Assembly (NCBI GenBank): GCA_965227515.1
Contig: CBDDFZ010000001.1
Location: 2,816,001 to 2,880,000 of the forward strand
DNA length: 64,000 nucleotides
Source of the DNA: Alphaproteobacteria bacterium
Lineage (GTDB): Bacteria > Pseudomonadota > Alphaproteobacteria > CALKHQ01
Direction of reading: 5' to 3'
Both the position numbers and the translations under genes were made by a program. Below the pieces are notes generated by a model, which worked only from the letters and a program-made list of their open reading frames with translations, did no database searches and had not been told where the DNA came from. The stretch's first letter is position 1. Each line of letters starts with the position of its first letter. This document shows, in pieces, positions 9,907 through 19,543 of this stretch.

Positions 9907-11346
9907 ATGATGCTGCACACGAGGCGGAGCGTTTTGGGGGCGTTGATTGCGGCTGCCGCCCTGTCGCGCGTGCGCCCGGCCCGTGGCACCGAGACCGACA
10001 GCCCCGACGTTGTGGTCGTGGGGGCGGGTGCTGCGGGCCTGGCCGCAGCCAGAACCCTCAGGCGGCTGGGCAAGTCGGTCCTGCTGCTGGAGGCCAACAA
10101 CCGCATCGGCGGGCGCGCCTTTACCGAAACGGCGACCTTCGGCACGCCATACGATCATGGCGCCCACTGGCTGCACAATGGCGACGCCAATCCGTTCAAG
10201 GCCTATGGCGAGGGGCTGCGGGGGACCTTCGACATTCGGCGCTCGCCCGACGAGCTCACCATCTATCGCGGCGGGCAGCCGGTCTGCTCCGACGACTGCC
10301 CGGGTTTCGAGGATGCGCTGGCGCTTGCCGACGAGGCGATGTGGGAGGCGCGCTATCTCGATGTGTCGGCCTCCACCGTGGTGCCGGCCGGCGGGGCGTG
10401 GGCGCCGGCGGTGGCGTTCACCTTGGGGCCATGGGACATGGCGAAGCCGCTGGCGGAGTTCTCGGTGGCGGACTGGTCATGCTCGGCCGATGGCCCGAAC
10501 TATTTGTGCGCGCAAGGCTATGGCGCGCTCGTCGCCCATGCCGGGCGCGGCGAACCGGTGCAGTTGAATACGGCGGTGCGGGAGATTCGGGAGACGTCCG
10601 GTGGCGTCGAGGTGGTAACCGATCGCGGCGCGATTTCCGCCCTGGCGGTCATCGTCACGGTCTCCACCGGCGTCCTGGCATCGGGCGCGATCCGGTTCGC
10701 GCCGGACCTGCCGGGCGAGACGTACGCGGCGTTCGATACCATCTCCATGGGGCTCTACAACCGCATCGCGCTGAAGTTCTCCAGCGACATTTTCGGCAAC
10801 GGCCCCGACGCCTATGCCCTGAGCCTGACGGCGGGCTCGGGCCTGGCGCCGGATATGGGCATTACGTCCAACGTCAACGGCAGCGGGCTTGTCTACTGCG
10901 ATATCGGTGGGGATACGGCGCGGCGGCTGGAGCGGGAGGACGATGCCACCGCCGTGGCCCACGCCATGGACGTGCTGACGGCGACACTGGGCGCATCCGC
11001 CGTTGCGAGCGCATATGAAGGCATCGCCCATGTGTCGCGCTGGGGCGCAAACCCATACACGCTGGGGAGTTATGCGTCCGCCGATCCGGGCCATTTCCAC
11101 ATGCGCGAGGCCCTGCGCACCCCCGTCAACGATCGCATCTTCTTTGCCGGGGAGGCGTGCGACCTCGACCAGTGGGCGACCGTCGCCGGCGCGCATACCA
11201 ACGGGTGCGAAACCGCGGCCAATGTCGCACGCGTTCTCGATGGCCTGGCGCCGCTAAGCCTGGGCAGCTGCGAGGCGATTTTCGAGGACGCCGGTCCGAC
11301 CCGCGATGCCGCGGCCTTGCAGGCGCTGGGCTGCGACGCCGTGTGA
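9907..11346 (+). CDS. Tat-exported flavin monoamine oxidase family protein
   Basis: TRRSVL signal; GAGAAG FAD motif, EANNRIGGR, GAHWLH, FFAGEA. Confidence 0.9.
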   Translation: MMLHTRRSVLGALIAAAALSRVRPARGTETDSPDVVVVGAGAAGLAAARTLRRLGKSVLLLEANNRIGGRAFTETATFGTPYDHGAHWLHNGDANPFKAYGEGLRGTFDIRRSPDELTIYRGGQPVCSDDCPGFEDALALADEAMWEARYLDVSASTVVPAGGAWAPAVAFTLGPWDMAKPLAEFSVADWSCSADGPNYLCAQGYGALVAHAGRGEPVQLNTAVREIRETSGGVEVVTDRGAISALAVIVTVSTGVLASGAIRFAPDLPGETYAAFDTISMGLYNRIALKFSSDIFGNGPDAYALSLTAGSGLAPDMGITSNVNGSGLVYCDIGGDTARRLEREDDATAVAHAMDVLTATLGASAVASAYEGIAHVSRWGANPYTLGSYASADPGHFHMREALRTPVNDRIFFAGEACDLDQWATVAGAHTNGCETAANVARVLDGLAPLSLGSCEAIFEDAGPTRDAAALQALGCDAV

Positions 11347-11359
11347 GCCGTCGGTCGGC

Positions 11360-13123
11360 TCAGGGGTCGATGGTGAACACCGTGGTTTCGCTGCTTCTGC
11401 CGCGCAGTTCGACGCGACCGATCTCGCGCCAGGCGTAGGCCTCAGTCGCGGCGGCACGGGTCTCGCCGGAGATGCACAGCGTCTCGCCGACCTCCTTGCC
11501 CAGTGCTTCCAGGCGGGCCGTGGTGTTCACCGCATCGCCGATGATCGTGTAGTTCATGCGGTCCTTCGACCCGATATTGCCGACCAGCGCCGTTCCGGTG
11601 TGGACGCCGATGCGCGTCACCAGCGCCGGCGCGCCGGCGGCTTGCCGCTCGGCATTGAGGCGCGCGCTGACCTTCCGGATTTCCAGCGCGGCCGCCAGCG
11701 CCCGGTCTGCGTGGTCGGCCTGCCGCACCGGTGCATTCCAGAACGCCATGATCGCGTCGCCGATGAACTTGTCGACCGTGCCGTCCGACCCCATGATCGG
11801 CAGTACAATGGCCTCGAAATAGTCGTTCAGCATGCCGGCCAGGTCGCTCGGCCGCATGCCTTCCGAGATGGAGGAATAGCCGGCAATATCGGTGAACAGG
11901 ATCGTCACCTCGTGCTCCGCCGGCGCGATGTCGCCGCCCCGTTCCTCCAGCCGGATGAGCTGGCGCACCAGGTTTCGCGGGACATAGCGGGCGAAGACCT
12001 CAAGCCCCCTGAGCATGGCCGCAAAAGCCTTCTCGGCCGTCCTGATATCGGAAAAGCTGCTGAGTGGCTGGCGCTTGGCGGGAACTTCAAGATTGAGCTG
12101 CTCGACGTTCTTGGCCGCCAGCGACAGGCGGGTGATTGGCCTGGATATCGACCGTCCCACCCACACAGCCAAGCCGACGGCCAACAGCAGGGTGACCCCG
12201 CCGATGACCGCGATCACGATCGCGCGGTCGCGTGCCTGGCCCAGCACGGCATCGCGCGGCACCGCGTCGACCGCGTACCATGTCGAGTCCCCGACATCGT
12301 CGATGGCGGCAATCGACAGCAGCCAGTCCGTGCCGGCCACCGTGATGTCCTGGAACGACGGCCCCGCCGCCAGCACCCGTTCGGCCACCGCCAGCGCCAC
12401 GGCGTCCTCGATGTCGGCAAACGTCGGGACGTGGGGCCAGGCCGCATAGGCATCGCGGCCGATCAGCGACGGGTGCGCCAGAACCCGCCCCGCGCTATCG
12501 AACACAAAGCTGTAGCCGGCCTGGCCCTCGCCCGCCGCGACCAGCTCTTCGGACATGGTGCCCAAGTCCATGTCGAGAAACAGGGTGCCGCTGGGGTCGC
12601 CGTCCTCATCGACCAGATGGATTGTGTACGAGATGACCGGGCGGCGGTCCTCCGGCTCAAGGTACAGGTCCTCAAAGCCCTCGCTGCCGTCGCCCGGCCT
12701 GCCCTCGACGGCGATATCGATGGCATCGTCCGACAGATCGCCGTCGCGCTCCCAATCGACCTCGCCGTCGTCCTCGTGCCAGACCATCAGGTTGGAGCCG
12801 TCCTTGCGCACCAGACTGAGGTCGGTCACGGCCGGCGTATGCCGAATGAAGGCTGAGAACAGGGCGATGACCCGCTCGTCGTCCAGGCCGTCGGACGCGG
12901 TCTGCAGCAACTCGGCCAGGGCGAGCGCGTCCCACTCGACCTGCTCGAAGAGGCCGTGGACGTTGTCGCTCATCGCGGCGGTGCGCTGGTCCTGCAGCCT
13001 GGCGGAAATCTCCAAAGCCGAGCGCATCGAGCCCAAGGTGCCAAGGATGCCGACCAGCCCGACGGCGGCCAGGATCAGTGCGCCAACACCGGTGCCGAGC
13101 ACGAATTTGACGCTTCTGAACAT
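11360..13123 (-). CDS. Membrane class III adenylate cyclase (TM-Cache-TM-HAMP-cyclase)
   Basis: LFTDIAGYS, VDKFIGDAIMA, YTIIGDAVNTTARLE; start may extend to 13183. Confidence 0.92.
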   Translation of the reverse strand: MFRSVKFVLGTGVGALILAAVGLVGILGTLGSMRSALEISARLQDQRTAAMSDNVHGLFEQVEWDALALAELLQTASDGLDDERVIALFSAFIRHTPAVTDLSLVRKDGSNLMVWHEDDGEVDWERDGDLSDDAIDIAVEGRPGDGSEGFEDLYLEPEDRRPVISYTIHLVDEDGDPSGTLFLDMDLGTMSEELVAAGEGQAGYSFVFDSAGRVLAHPSLIGRDAYAAWPHVPTFADIEDAVALAVAERVLAAGPSFQDITVAGTDWLLSIAAIDDVGDSTWYAVDAVPRDAVLGQARDRAIVIAVIGGVTLLLAVGLAVWVGRSISRPITRLSLAAKNVEQLNLEVPAKRQPLSSFSDIRTAEKAFAAMLRGLEVFARYVPRNLVRQLIRLEERGGDIAPAEHEVTILFTDIAGYSSISEGMRPSDLAGMLNDYFEAIVLPIMGSDGTVDKFIGDAIMAFWNAPVRQADHADRALAAALEIRKVSARLNAERQAAGAPALVTRIGVHTGTALVGNIGSKDRMNYTIIGDAVNTTARLEALGKEVGETLCISGETRAAATEAYAWREIGRVELRGRSSETTVFTIDP

Positions 13124-13232
13124 GGTGGCCACCAGGCTCGTGGTCCGCGACGCGATAGCGGGATTCAAGCGGGCAGGCGCCATCCTTACGACGGCGCCGA
13201 CAGCCGATGTGTCGGCTTAGGCGGCGATAGTA

Positions 13233-13859
13233 TCAGGCAGGCGGGCTGAACGGTTGGCTGATTTCCTGGAACACGGGCAGGTCCTCGCAGCGTTCGGCAT
13301 GGTCGGCCAGGGCGGGCCAGTCCTCGGGTGCGTAGAGGTCGGCGTGCACCTCGCCGACGAAGCGCAGCGCGCAGGCAAGTGCGATGTCGGCGTGCCCGAT
13401 CTCCTCGCCATCCAGCCAGGGCGGCGGGCGGTCGGCGCGCACGGCTTCCAGCACCTTCAGCACATCGGCGATCTGGCCGCGGCAGCGCTCGATCCAGGTC
13501 TCCGACGCGTGGCTGTGCAACGCGCTCTCGTACATCAGGCTGACCGCCTTGTCGGCGAGCCCGGTGGCCAGCGCGCAGATCTTCAGCGCCTGGCGCCGCT
13601 CGTCGCCACTAGCCGGGATCAGCGCCCGCTCCGGCCCGACCATCTGGTCCAGGCAGTCGAGGATGATGGTGCTCTCGATCGCCACCTCGCCGTCGTCGAG
13701 CACCAGGGTCGGCACCCGGCGCAGCGGGTTGAACGCCGCGATCTTGTCGGCGTCGCGGAACACCGACCACGGCCGATGCTCGAAGTCGATGTCGTAGTAG
13801 CGCAGCGCGATGCCGACGCGCCGCACGAACGGGGAGTCGTACTGTCCGATCAGGATCAT
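13233..13859 (-). CDS. Glutathione S-transferase family protein
   Basis: SPFVRRV, NPLRRVPTL and IES motifs. Confidence 0.92.
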   Translation of the reverse strand: MILIGQYDSPFVRRVGIALRYYDIDFEHRPWSVFRDADKIAAFNPLRRVPTLVLDDGEVAIESTIILDCLDQMVGPERALIPASGDERRQALKICALATGLADKAVSLMYESALHSHASETWIERCRGQIADVLKVLEAVRADRPPPWLDGEEIGHADIALACALRFVGEVHADLYAPEDWPALADHAERCEDLPVFQEISQPFSPPA

Positions 13860-13903
13860 GGGTTGCCCAGCCGATTTGGTTTAGCCGTCAGCAGCAATCT
13901 AGG

Positions 13904-14004
13904 ACGTCATGCCCGGGCCGACTGAAAGTCGAGTCCCGGGTATCCACGCCTTGGCAACTATCGATGAAAGACGTGGATGCCCGCAACAAGTGCGGGCATG
14001 ACGT
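13904..14004. repeat. CGTC-type REP doublet (GTCATGCCCG family)
   Basis: ACGTCATGCCCGGG...CCCGGGTATCCACG / CGTGGATGCCCGC-AACAA-GTGCGGGCATGACGT inverted pair. Confidence 0.85.
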
Positions 14005-14043
14005 GGAGACTTGGAACGGGGCGCCCGTGGAGATTGGGAGAGC

Positions 14044-15075
14044 CTAACCGCCCGTCACGCTCATGTGGCGGGCGACTGCCGGGCCCTGGTTGCGCCGGTC
14101 GATGACGAAGTCGTGGCCCTTGGGCTTGTGCGCGATGGCATCGTGGATCGCCTGTTCCAGCGCCTGGTCGGACTCGCTGGCGCGCAGCGGCGTCTTCAGG
14201 TCGGCGGCATCGTCCTGGCCCAGGCACATATAGAGCGTGCCGGTGCAGGTCAGGCGCACCCGGTTGCAGCTCTCGCAGAAATTGTGGGTGAGCGGCGTGA
14301 TGAAGCCTAATTTGCGCCCGGTCTCCTTGACGCGGACATAGCGGGCCGGGCCGCCACTGGAATAGTCGATGTCCTCCAGCGTCCAGCGTTCGGCCAGGTC
14401 GGCGCGCACCTGGCGCAGCGGCAGGTACTGGTCGATGCGGTCGGGCTCGCCCAGGTCGCCCATCGGCATCACCTCGATGAAGGTGAGGTCGATGCCGCGC
14501 TCGCCGCAGAAGGCGATCAGCCGGTCGAACTCGTCGTCGTTCACGCCCTTCAGCGCCACCGTGTTGAGCTTGACGTCGAGGCCGGCGCGCTTGGCGGCGT
14601 CCAGCCCCTCCATCACCTTGTCGAACTTGCCCCAGCGGGTGATGGAGACGAATTTCTCCGGGTCCAGGGTGTCCAGCGACACGTTCACCCGCCGCACGCC
14701 GGCGTCGTAAAGCTCGTCGGCAAAACGAGGGAGTTGGCTGCCGTTGGTGGTCAGGGTCAGCTCGTCCAGCCCGCCATCGGGGTTGTTGTGCTTCAGATGG
14801 CGGCCCAGGCTGCGGAACAGGGTCATGATGTCCCGCCGCACCAGCGGCTCGCCGCCGGTGAGCCGCAGCTTGCGCACGCCCAGCCGGACGAAGGCGCTGC
14901 ACAGCCGGTCCAATTCCTCCAGCGTCAGCAGGTCGCGCTTCGGCAGGAAGGTCATGTCCTCCGCCATGCAATAGACGCAGCGGAAGTCGCAGCGGTCGGT
15001 GACCGAGACCCGCAGATAGGTGACGGCCCGCGCGAACGGGTCGATCAGCGGTGCGGCGGTCGTTGTATCGTTCAT
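14044..15075 (-). CDS. moaA: GTP 3',8-cyclase MoaA
   Basis: [17 protein letters not shown] radical SAM motif; FCESCNRVR; C-terminal MSVTGG. Confidence 0.97.
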   Translation of the reverse strand: MNDTTTAAPLIDPFARAVTYLRVSVTDRCDFRCVYCMAEDMTFLPKRDLLTLEELDRLCSAFVRLGVRKLRLTGGEPLVRRDIMTLFRSLGRHLKHNNPDGGLDELTLTTNGSQLPRFADELYDAGVRRVNVSLDTLDPEKFVSITRWGKFDKVMEGLDAAKRAGLDVKLNTVALKGVNDDEFDRLIAFCGERGIDLTFIEVMPMGDLGEPDRIDQYLPLRQVRADLAERWTLEDIDYSSGGPARYVRVKETGRKLGFITPLTHNFCESCNRVRLTCTGTLYMCLGQDDAADLKTPLRASESDQALEQAIHDAIAHKPKGHDFVIDRRNQGPAVARHMSVTGG

Positions 15076-15173
15076 GGTGTCCTGCGCTCCGTGCGAACTC
15101 TTACAGTTGGGCTTTGGCGCAATGCCGTCAAGGCCGATTGCGCGAGCGCGGCAATCGCGCGACAACGAGCGTC

Positions 15174-16019
15174 ATGACCGACCCGCGCATCACCCCCGAC
15201 CCCGACGACCCGCGTCTGACCGAGACCGTGGTCGGCCGCGACCAGACCGGCGCCGAGATCGAGACCCGCGTCGTCACCGAGCGTCCGCTGACCCTCTATC
15301 TCAACGACCGCGAGATCGTCACCATGATGACGATCGGCGACCACCCGGACTACCTGGCGCTGGGCTACCTGCTGAACCAGAACATGCTCCACCCCGACGA
15401 CGTGGTGGAGGGGGTGGAGCACGACGACGATCTGGGTGTGGTGGTGGTGCGCACCGCCCGGCACACCGATTTCGAGGACAAGCTGAAGCGCAAGACGCTG
15501 ACCTCGGGCTGTGCGGTCGGCACCGTGTTCGGCGACGTGATGGAGAAGTTCGAGACCGTGGTGCTGCCGGCCGACGCGCGTATCCGCACCTCGTGGTTGG
15601 CCGGCCTGACCCACGCCATCAACACCATGCCCAGCCTCTATCTGGCGGCTGGCGCCATCCACGGCTGCGTGTTGTGCGCCGAAGACAAGCCCTTGATCTA
15701 TATGGAGGATGTCGGCCGGCACAATGCCGTCGACAAGATCGCGGGCTATATGTTCCGCCACCGCGTGCCCGCTGCCGACAAGATCTTCTACACCACCGGC
15801 CGGCTGACCAGCGAGATGGTGATCAAGACCGTGCAGATGGGCGTTCCGATCCTGGTCTCGCGGTCCGGCTTTACCGCCTGGGGCGTCGAGCTGGCCCGGC
15901 AGGCGGGGCTAACCCTGATCGGGCGGGCGCGCGGCAAGCGGTTCGTGGCACTCTCTGGCCTGGAGCGCATCGTCTACGACGCCAATGAGACGGACGTGGC
16001 TGAGGCGCCGCCCGACTAG
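15174..16019 (+). CDS. fdhD: Formate dehydrogenase accessory sulfurtransferase FdhD
   Basis: TSGCA, EDVGRHNAVDK and TTGRLTSEMV. Confidence 0.95.
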   Translation: MTDPRITPDPDDPRLTETVVGRDQTGAEIETRVVTERPLTLYLNDREIVTMMTIGDHPDYLALGYLLNQNMLHPDDVVEGVEHDDDLGVVVVRTARHTDFEDKLKRKTLTSGCAVGTVFGDVMEKFETVVLPADARIRTSWLAGLTHAINTMPSLYLAAGAIHGCVLCAEDKPLIYMEDVGRHNAVDKIAGYMFRHRVPAADKIFYTTGRLTSEMVIKTVQMGVPILVSRSGFTAWGVELARQAGLTLIGRARGKRFVALSGLERIVYDANETDVAEAPPD

Positions 16020-16169
16020 CCTAATCACGGGCCGAACGCACCTTTGCCCAAAATTCGGCAAAAACGTACGGCACGTATATGATCAAGACGAAGAGCCGGA
16101 CCTCGAATCACGCTGCTTTGGGGCTGGTGACGCCAACAGTCAGTCACGTACCAAACGGGGGCATGACGC

Positions 16170-17531
16170 ATGCGCTTGAGAACCCTAACCGCCTCTCTGA
16201 TGATGCTGGTCGGCATGTCCGCCGCCGCACATGCGGAGATCGATCAGACGCGTGTCGCGTTGGTGATCGGCAACCAGGACTACCGTTATGCCGGCGAGCT
16301 GTCGCAGACGCGTCATGACGCGTCGGAGTTCGGCGCCACGCTGGCGCGCCTGGGCTTCGAGGTGACGCTGCTGCACGACGCCGACCGGCGCGAGATGGAG
16401 CAGGCCCTGAACGACTTCCGCCGCGACCTGCGCGACGCCGACGTGGCGCTGGTCTACTACTCCGGCCACGGCCTGGAGGTGGACGGCGTCAACTACCTGG
16501 CGCCGGTCAGCGCGCGCCTGGGCGACCATCGCTCGCTGGAGCAGGAATTCATCGCGCTCGATGAGGTGATGGACATCGTCGAAGGCGGCGGTGCTGCGTT
16601 CAACATGGTGTTCCTGGATGCGTGCCGGAACAACCCGTTCGTCGACCAGTTGCCGGCCTCCCGCTCGGCCGATGCCGCGCCGGGCCTGGCCCCGATCTCG
16701 GCCCCGGTCGGCACCGTGGTCGGCTACGCCACCGCGCCGGGCACCCTGGCCTGGGAAGGCGGCGGCGCCGGCCTCGACAACTCCATGTACACCGAGGCGT
16801 TGATGAACTGGATGGAGACGCCGGGCATGGAGATCGCCCAGCTTCTGCGCCACGCCCGCGCCGACGTGATGGAATGGACCGGCGGCGAGCAGGTGCCGTG
16901 GGAGCACTCGGCGATGATCGGCGAGTTCTTCTTCGCGCCCGAGGGCGTGGTGTTCGATCCCGCCAATGACGATCTGATTGCCAGCAACGAGGGCGACAGC
17001 CAGCAGAGCTCGCTGTTCGGCACCGGCGGCACCTCGTCCCAGGGCCAGGCCGGCAACGATCAGAACCAGCCTCAGCCCCAGCCGCAGGATCAGGCCGGCA
17101 ACGACCAGAACCAGCCGGTTGGCGGTGTCGTCGGCACCATCACGCCGAACGCGGTGATCTCGCTGCTGAGCCAGATGGGCATGAGCGCCAACCTGGATCG
17201 CGACGAGGAAGGCCCGATCCTGGTGGTGAACACCGGCGGCAACATTCCGGGCGCCGAGACCGGCGTGTGGTTCTACGACTGCGACGGCTCGGACAATTGC
17301 GGCAGCTTCCAGATCTGGACGTTCTTCGACACCAATCGGCCGGTCGACCTGCGGGTGATCAACCGTTGGAACGCCGAGAACCGCTGGGCGATCGCCTCGA
17401 TCGAGGAAGGGCAGTATCCGGTGCTGCTGCTGGACATCAACGTGGCCGGCGGCGTCAGCAACGAGAACATCGCCGATCTGCTCTACACCTTCACCGAGCA
17501 GGTGTCGCAGTTCCAGACCTACATCATGTAG
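16170..17531 (+). CDS. Exported caspase-family (peptidase C14) protein with C-terminal YbjN-like domain
   Basis: Signal peptide AHA; RVALVIGN, YYSGHG and LDACRNNP; C-terminal CDGSDNCGSFQ...INRWNAENRW...GGVS. Confidence 0.85.
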   Translation: MRLRTLTASLMMLVGMSAAAHAEIDQTRVALVIGNQDYRYAGELSQTRHDASEFGATLARLGFEVTLLHDADRREMEQALNDFRRDLRDADVALVYYSGHGLEVDGVNYLAPVSARLGDHRSLEQEFIALDEVMDIVEGGGAAFNMVFLDACRNNPFVDQLPASRSADAAPGLAPISAPVGTVVGYATAPGTLAWEGGGAGLDNSMYTEALMNWMETPGMEIAQLLRHARADVMEWTGGEQVPWEHSAMIGEFFFAPEGVVFDPANDDLIASNEGDSQQSSLFGTGGTSSQGQAGNDQNQPQPQPQDQAGNDQNQPVGGVVGTITPNAVISLLSQMGMSANLDRDEEGPILVVNTGGNIPGAETGVWFYDCDGSDNCGSFQIWTFFDTNRPVDLRVINRWNAENRWAIASIEEGQYPVLLLDINVAGGVSNENIADLLYTFTEQVSQFQTYIM

Positions 17532-17568
17532 GGCCTGATCCATACTCCGGCTTGCCGGAGGACGAATG

Positions 17569-17599
17569 GGGGCGTGGCGCAAGCTGCGCCCCTTTTCTT
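17569..17599 (+). terminator. Rho-independent terminator
   Basis: GGGGCGTGGC-GCAA-GCTGCGCCCC followed by TTTTCTT. Confidence 0.8.
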
Positions 17600-17644
17600 G
17601 TCGGAGCGCAAATCGTGCCAACGGCGCCTGCCCACCTTTCTTGG

Positions 17645-17755
17645 CGTCATCGCGAGCCGGCGAATGCCGGCGTGGCGATCCAGGCGATTGCCGTGAATGC
17701 TGAAATGTTGCTCTGGATTGCCGCGTCGCGCCTCACGGCGCTCCTCGCAATGACG
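17645..17755. repeat. CGTC-type REP doublet (GTCATYGCGAG...CTCGCAATGAC family, RPE-5-like)
   Basis: CGTCATCGCGAG...GCGATCCAG / CTGGATTGC...CTCGCAATGACG between convergent genes. Confidence 0.85.
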
Positions 17756-17806
17756 GCGAGGGCTCAACAATCTTATCTGCCGGAATAAGGCCGCCAGAGC
17801 AGTGGG

Positions 17807-18142
17807 TTAGGAAACGATTCTGAGCTGGCGCTGGAACATTGACAGCGCGTCCTGCAGCGACGCCGAGCGGTGCAGCCGGCGCGGTCCCTCGAACACCATG
17901 AACTCGCACTGGCCGGACTTGCGCACCGGCACCTTGCAGATGCGATAGAGCGGGCCCTCGGCGCTGTGCCGGAAGATCGAGAAGGTCGCGCGCCCGCGCC
18001 CCATGTCGATGGCATAGTCGCGCCACTCGCCGCTCATCACCCGGCGGCTGTAGAGGGACAACAGCTTGTTCAATTCCGGGCGGGTGAACGCAACGACGCC
18101 GCGACGGCGCCGCTCATCGGAAAGGCGTATCACCACACTCAT
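17807..18142 (-). CDS. DUF2794 family protein
   Basis: FTRPELNKLLSLYSRRVMSGEWRDYAID...FSIFR. Confidence 0.88.
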   Translation of the reverse strand: MSVVIRLSDERRRRGVVAFTRPELNKLLSLYSRRVMSGEWRDYAIDMGRGRATFSIFRHSAEGPLYRICKVPVRKSGQCEFMVFEGPRRLHRSASLQDALSMFQRQLRIVS

Positions 18143-18285
18143 CTGGCGCGCAGGTTCCTTCGCATTGGGTCGCCGGCAAACCATGCGTAAGCCGGGCCGG
18201 AAGCCGGATCGAACGAGACAGTTTTTCCGATTTTGCCGGCCGAGTCCAGCACGCCGGACAGGGCGGGGCAGGTGGACCGCGCGCG

Positions 18286-18633
18286 TCAGCTGACCGGGCG
18301 GTCGTCATTCTGGAACGGGTCCGGCTCGGCGTAGCAGCTCACTTCGCCAAGTGTCTGATAACAATGATAGACAGGGCCTTCCACCGGTGCCGTGACCTCG
18401 TCGACGCAATAGGGGTTGCCACGCTCGAACGCGATGGTCGAGCAGTCCATGCCGGTGGCGTAGGAGACGGCATGGTCCATCAGCGTCTTGCGGGTGGTAT
18501 TGAGCGAGATGAGGGATGCACCGGCCAGGTAGGGCGAGCAGCCGGCAGCCGTCAGCAGCAGGAGGCCGGCGGCGCCGATTGTACGGGCCAAGCCGCGAGT
18601 GTCAGAACCGTGTGCGCCGAAACCGCGAACCAT
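18286..18633 (-). CDS. Cys-rich hypothetical lipoprotein
   Basis: Lipobox TAAGC; DHAVSYATGMDCS...YCV...CYQTLGEVSCY. Confidence 0.75.
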   Translation of the reverse strand: MVRGFGAHGSDTRGLARTIGAAGLLLLTAAGCSPYLAGASLISLNTTRKTLMDHAVSYATGMDCSTIAFERGNPYCVDEVTAPVEGPVYHCYQTLGEVSCYAEPDPFQNDDRPVS

Positions 18634-18917
18634 GTGTCGGAACCCCTGTGCCTGAGAGTATCGATCGACGTAAGGGCCGGACAAATGACCCACACGACCC
18701 GATCGAAGCCTTCTAGCGCAGACATGGTTTCCGCCCGGTTACCGGCGCCGCCATGTTTCCCGCCGGATATCGGGCCCGCACGTCAGGGTTTCCTTGTGTT
18801 CGGCGGCAGCATGAATAGTATCCGGCCATCATAACGTCACACGGTGTTCACGCGGGCTGAAACCGCGGGCCGATGCCCGGCCAACCATCGGCACCGGCAA
18901 CCATCGGGGGGAGCAAC

Positions 18918-19475
18918 ATGGCTGCGAGTACGCCGATTTGCGATTTCGGATGGAAGGCTGTCGATTTCTCGCTGCCGGGTGTCGATGGCCGCGACTGGAG
19001 CCTGGCCGATATCAGGGGCGCGCGCGCGACCCTGGTGATGTTCATCTGCAATCATTGCCCCTATGTGGTGGGGACTGCGGACCGCATTGCCGCGGTCTGC
19101 GCCGAGCTGAAGGGCCACGGCGTTGGCGCCATCGCCATCAACGCCAACGATGCGGCCAACTATCCGGCGGATTCGTTCGCGAACATGAAGCCGTTCGCCG
19201 ACCGCTACGGCTTCGGCTTCCCCTATGTGTACGACGCCAGCCAGGCGACTGCGCGGGCCTATGACGCTGTGTGCACGCCGGACTTCTTCGGCTTCGATGC
19301 CGATCTGGGCCTGCAATATCGCGGCCGTCTGGACAGCGGCGGTCGGGGGCCGCTGCCGGCCGACGGCACCCGCGACCTTTTCGACGCCATGGTGCGTGTT
19401 GCCGAAACCGGCCAGGGGCCGCGCGAACAGGTGCCGTCCATGGGCTGTAGCATTAAATGGAAGGCTGCCGCCTAG
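18918..19475 (+). CDS. Thioredoxin family (AhpC/TSA-like) protein
   Basis: FICNHCPYV, AVCTPDFFG and PSMGCSIKWK. Confidence 0.93.
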   Translation: MAASTPICDFGWKAVDFSLPGVDGRDWSLADIRGARATLVMFICNHCPYVVGTADRIAAVCAELKGHGVGAIAINANDAANYPADSFANMKPFADRYGFGFPYVYDASQATARAYDAVCTPDFFGFDADLGLQYRGRLDSGGRGPLPADGTRDLFDAMVRVAETGQGPREQVPSMGCSIKWKAAA

Positions 19476-19543
19476 GCTGTGCAGGCCGTCTCCGCCTCAT
19501 CGCGGGACGGCGCGCGCCAGGACGCTAAATTCGGGAGAAACCG

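Noticed and set aside
18175-18745. Degenerate CtrA-like sites upstream of the DUF2794 and lipoprotein genes
   Set aside because: Too many mismatches to TTAA-N7-TTAA to support
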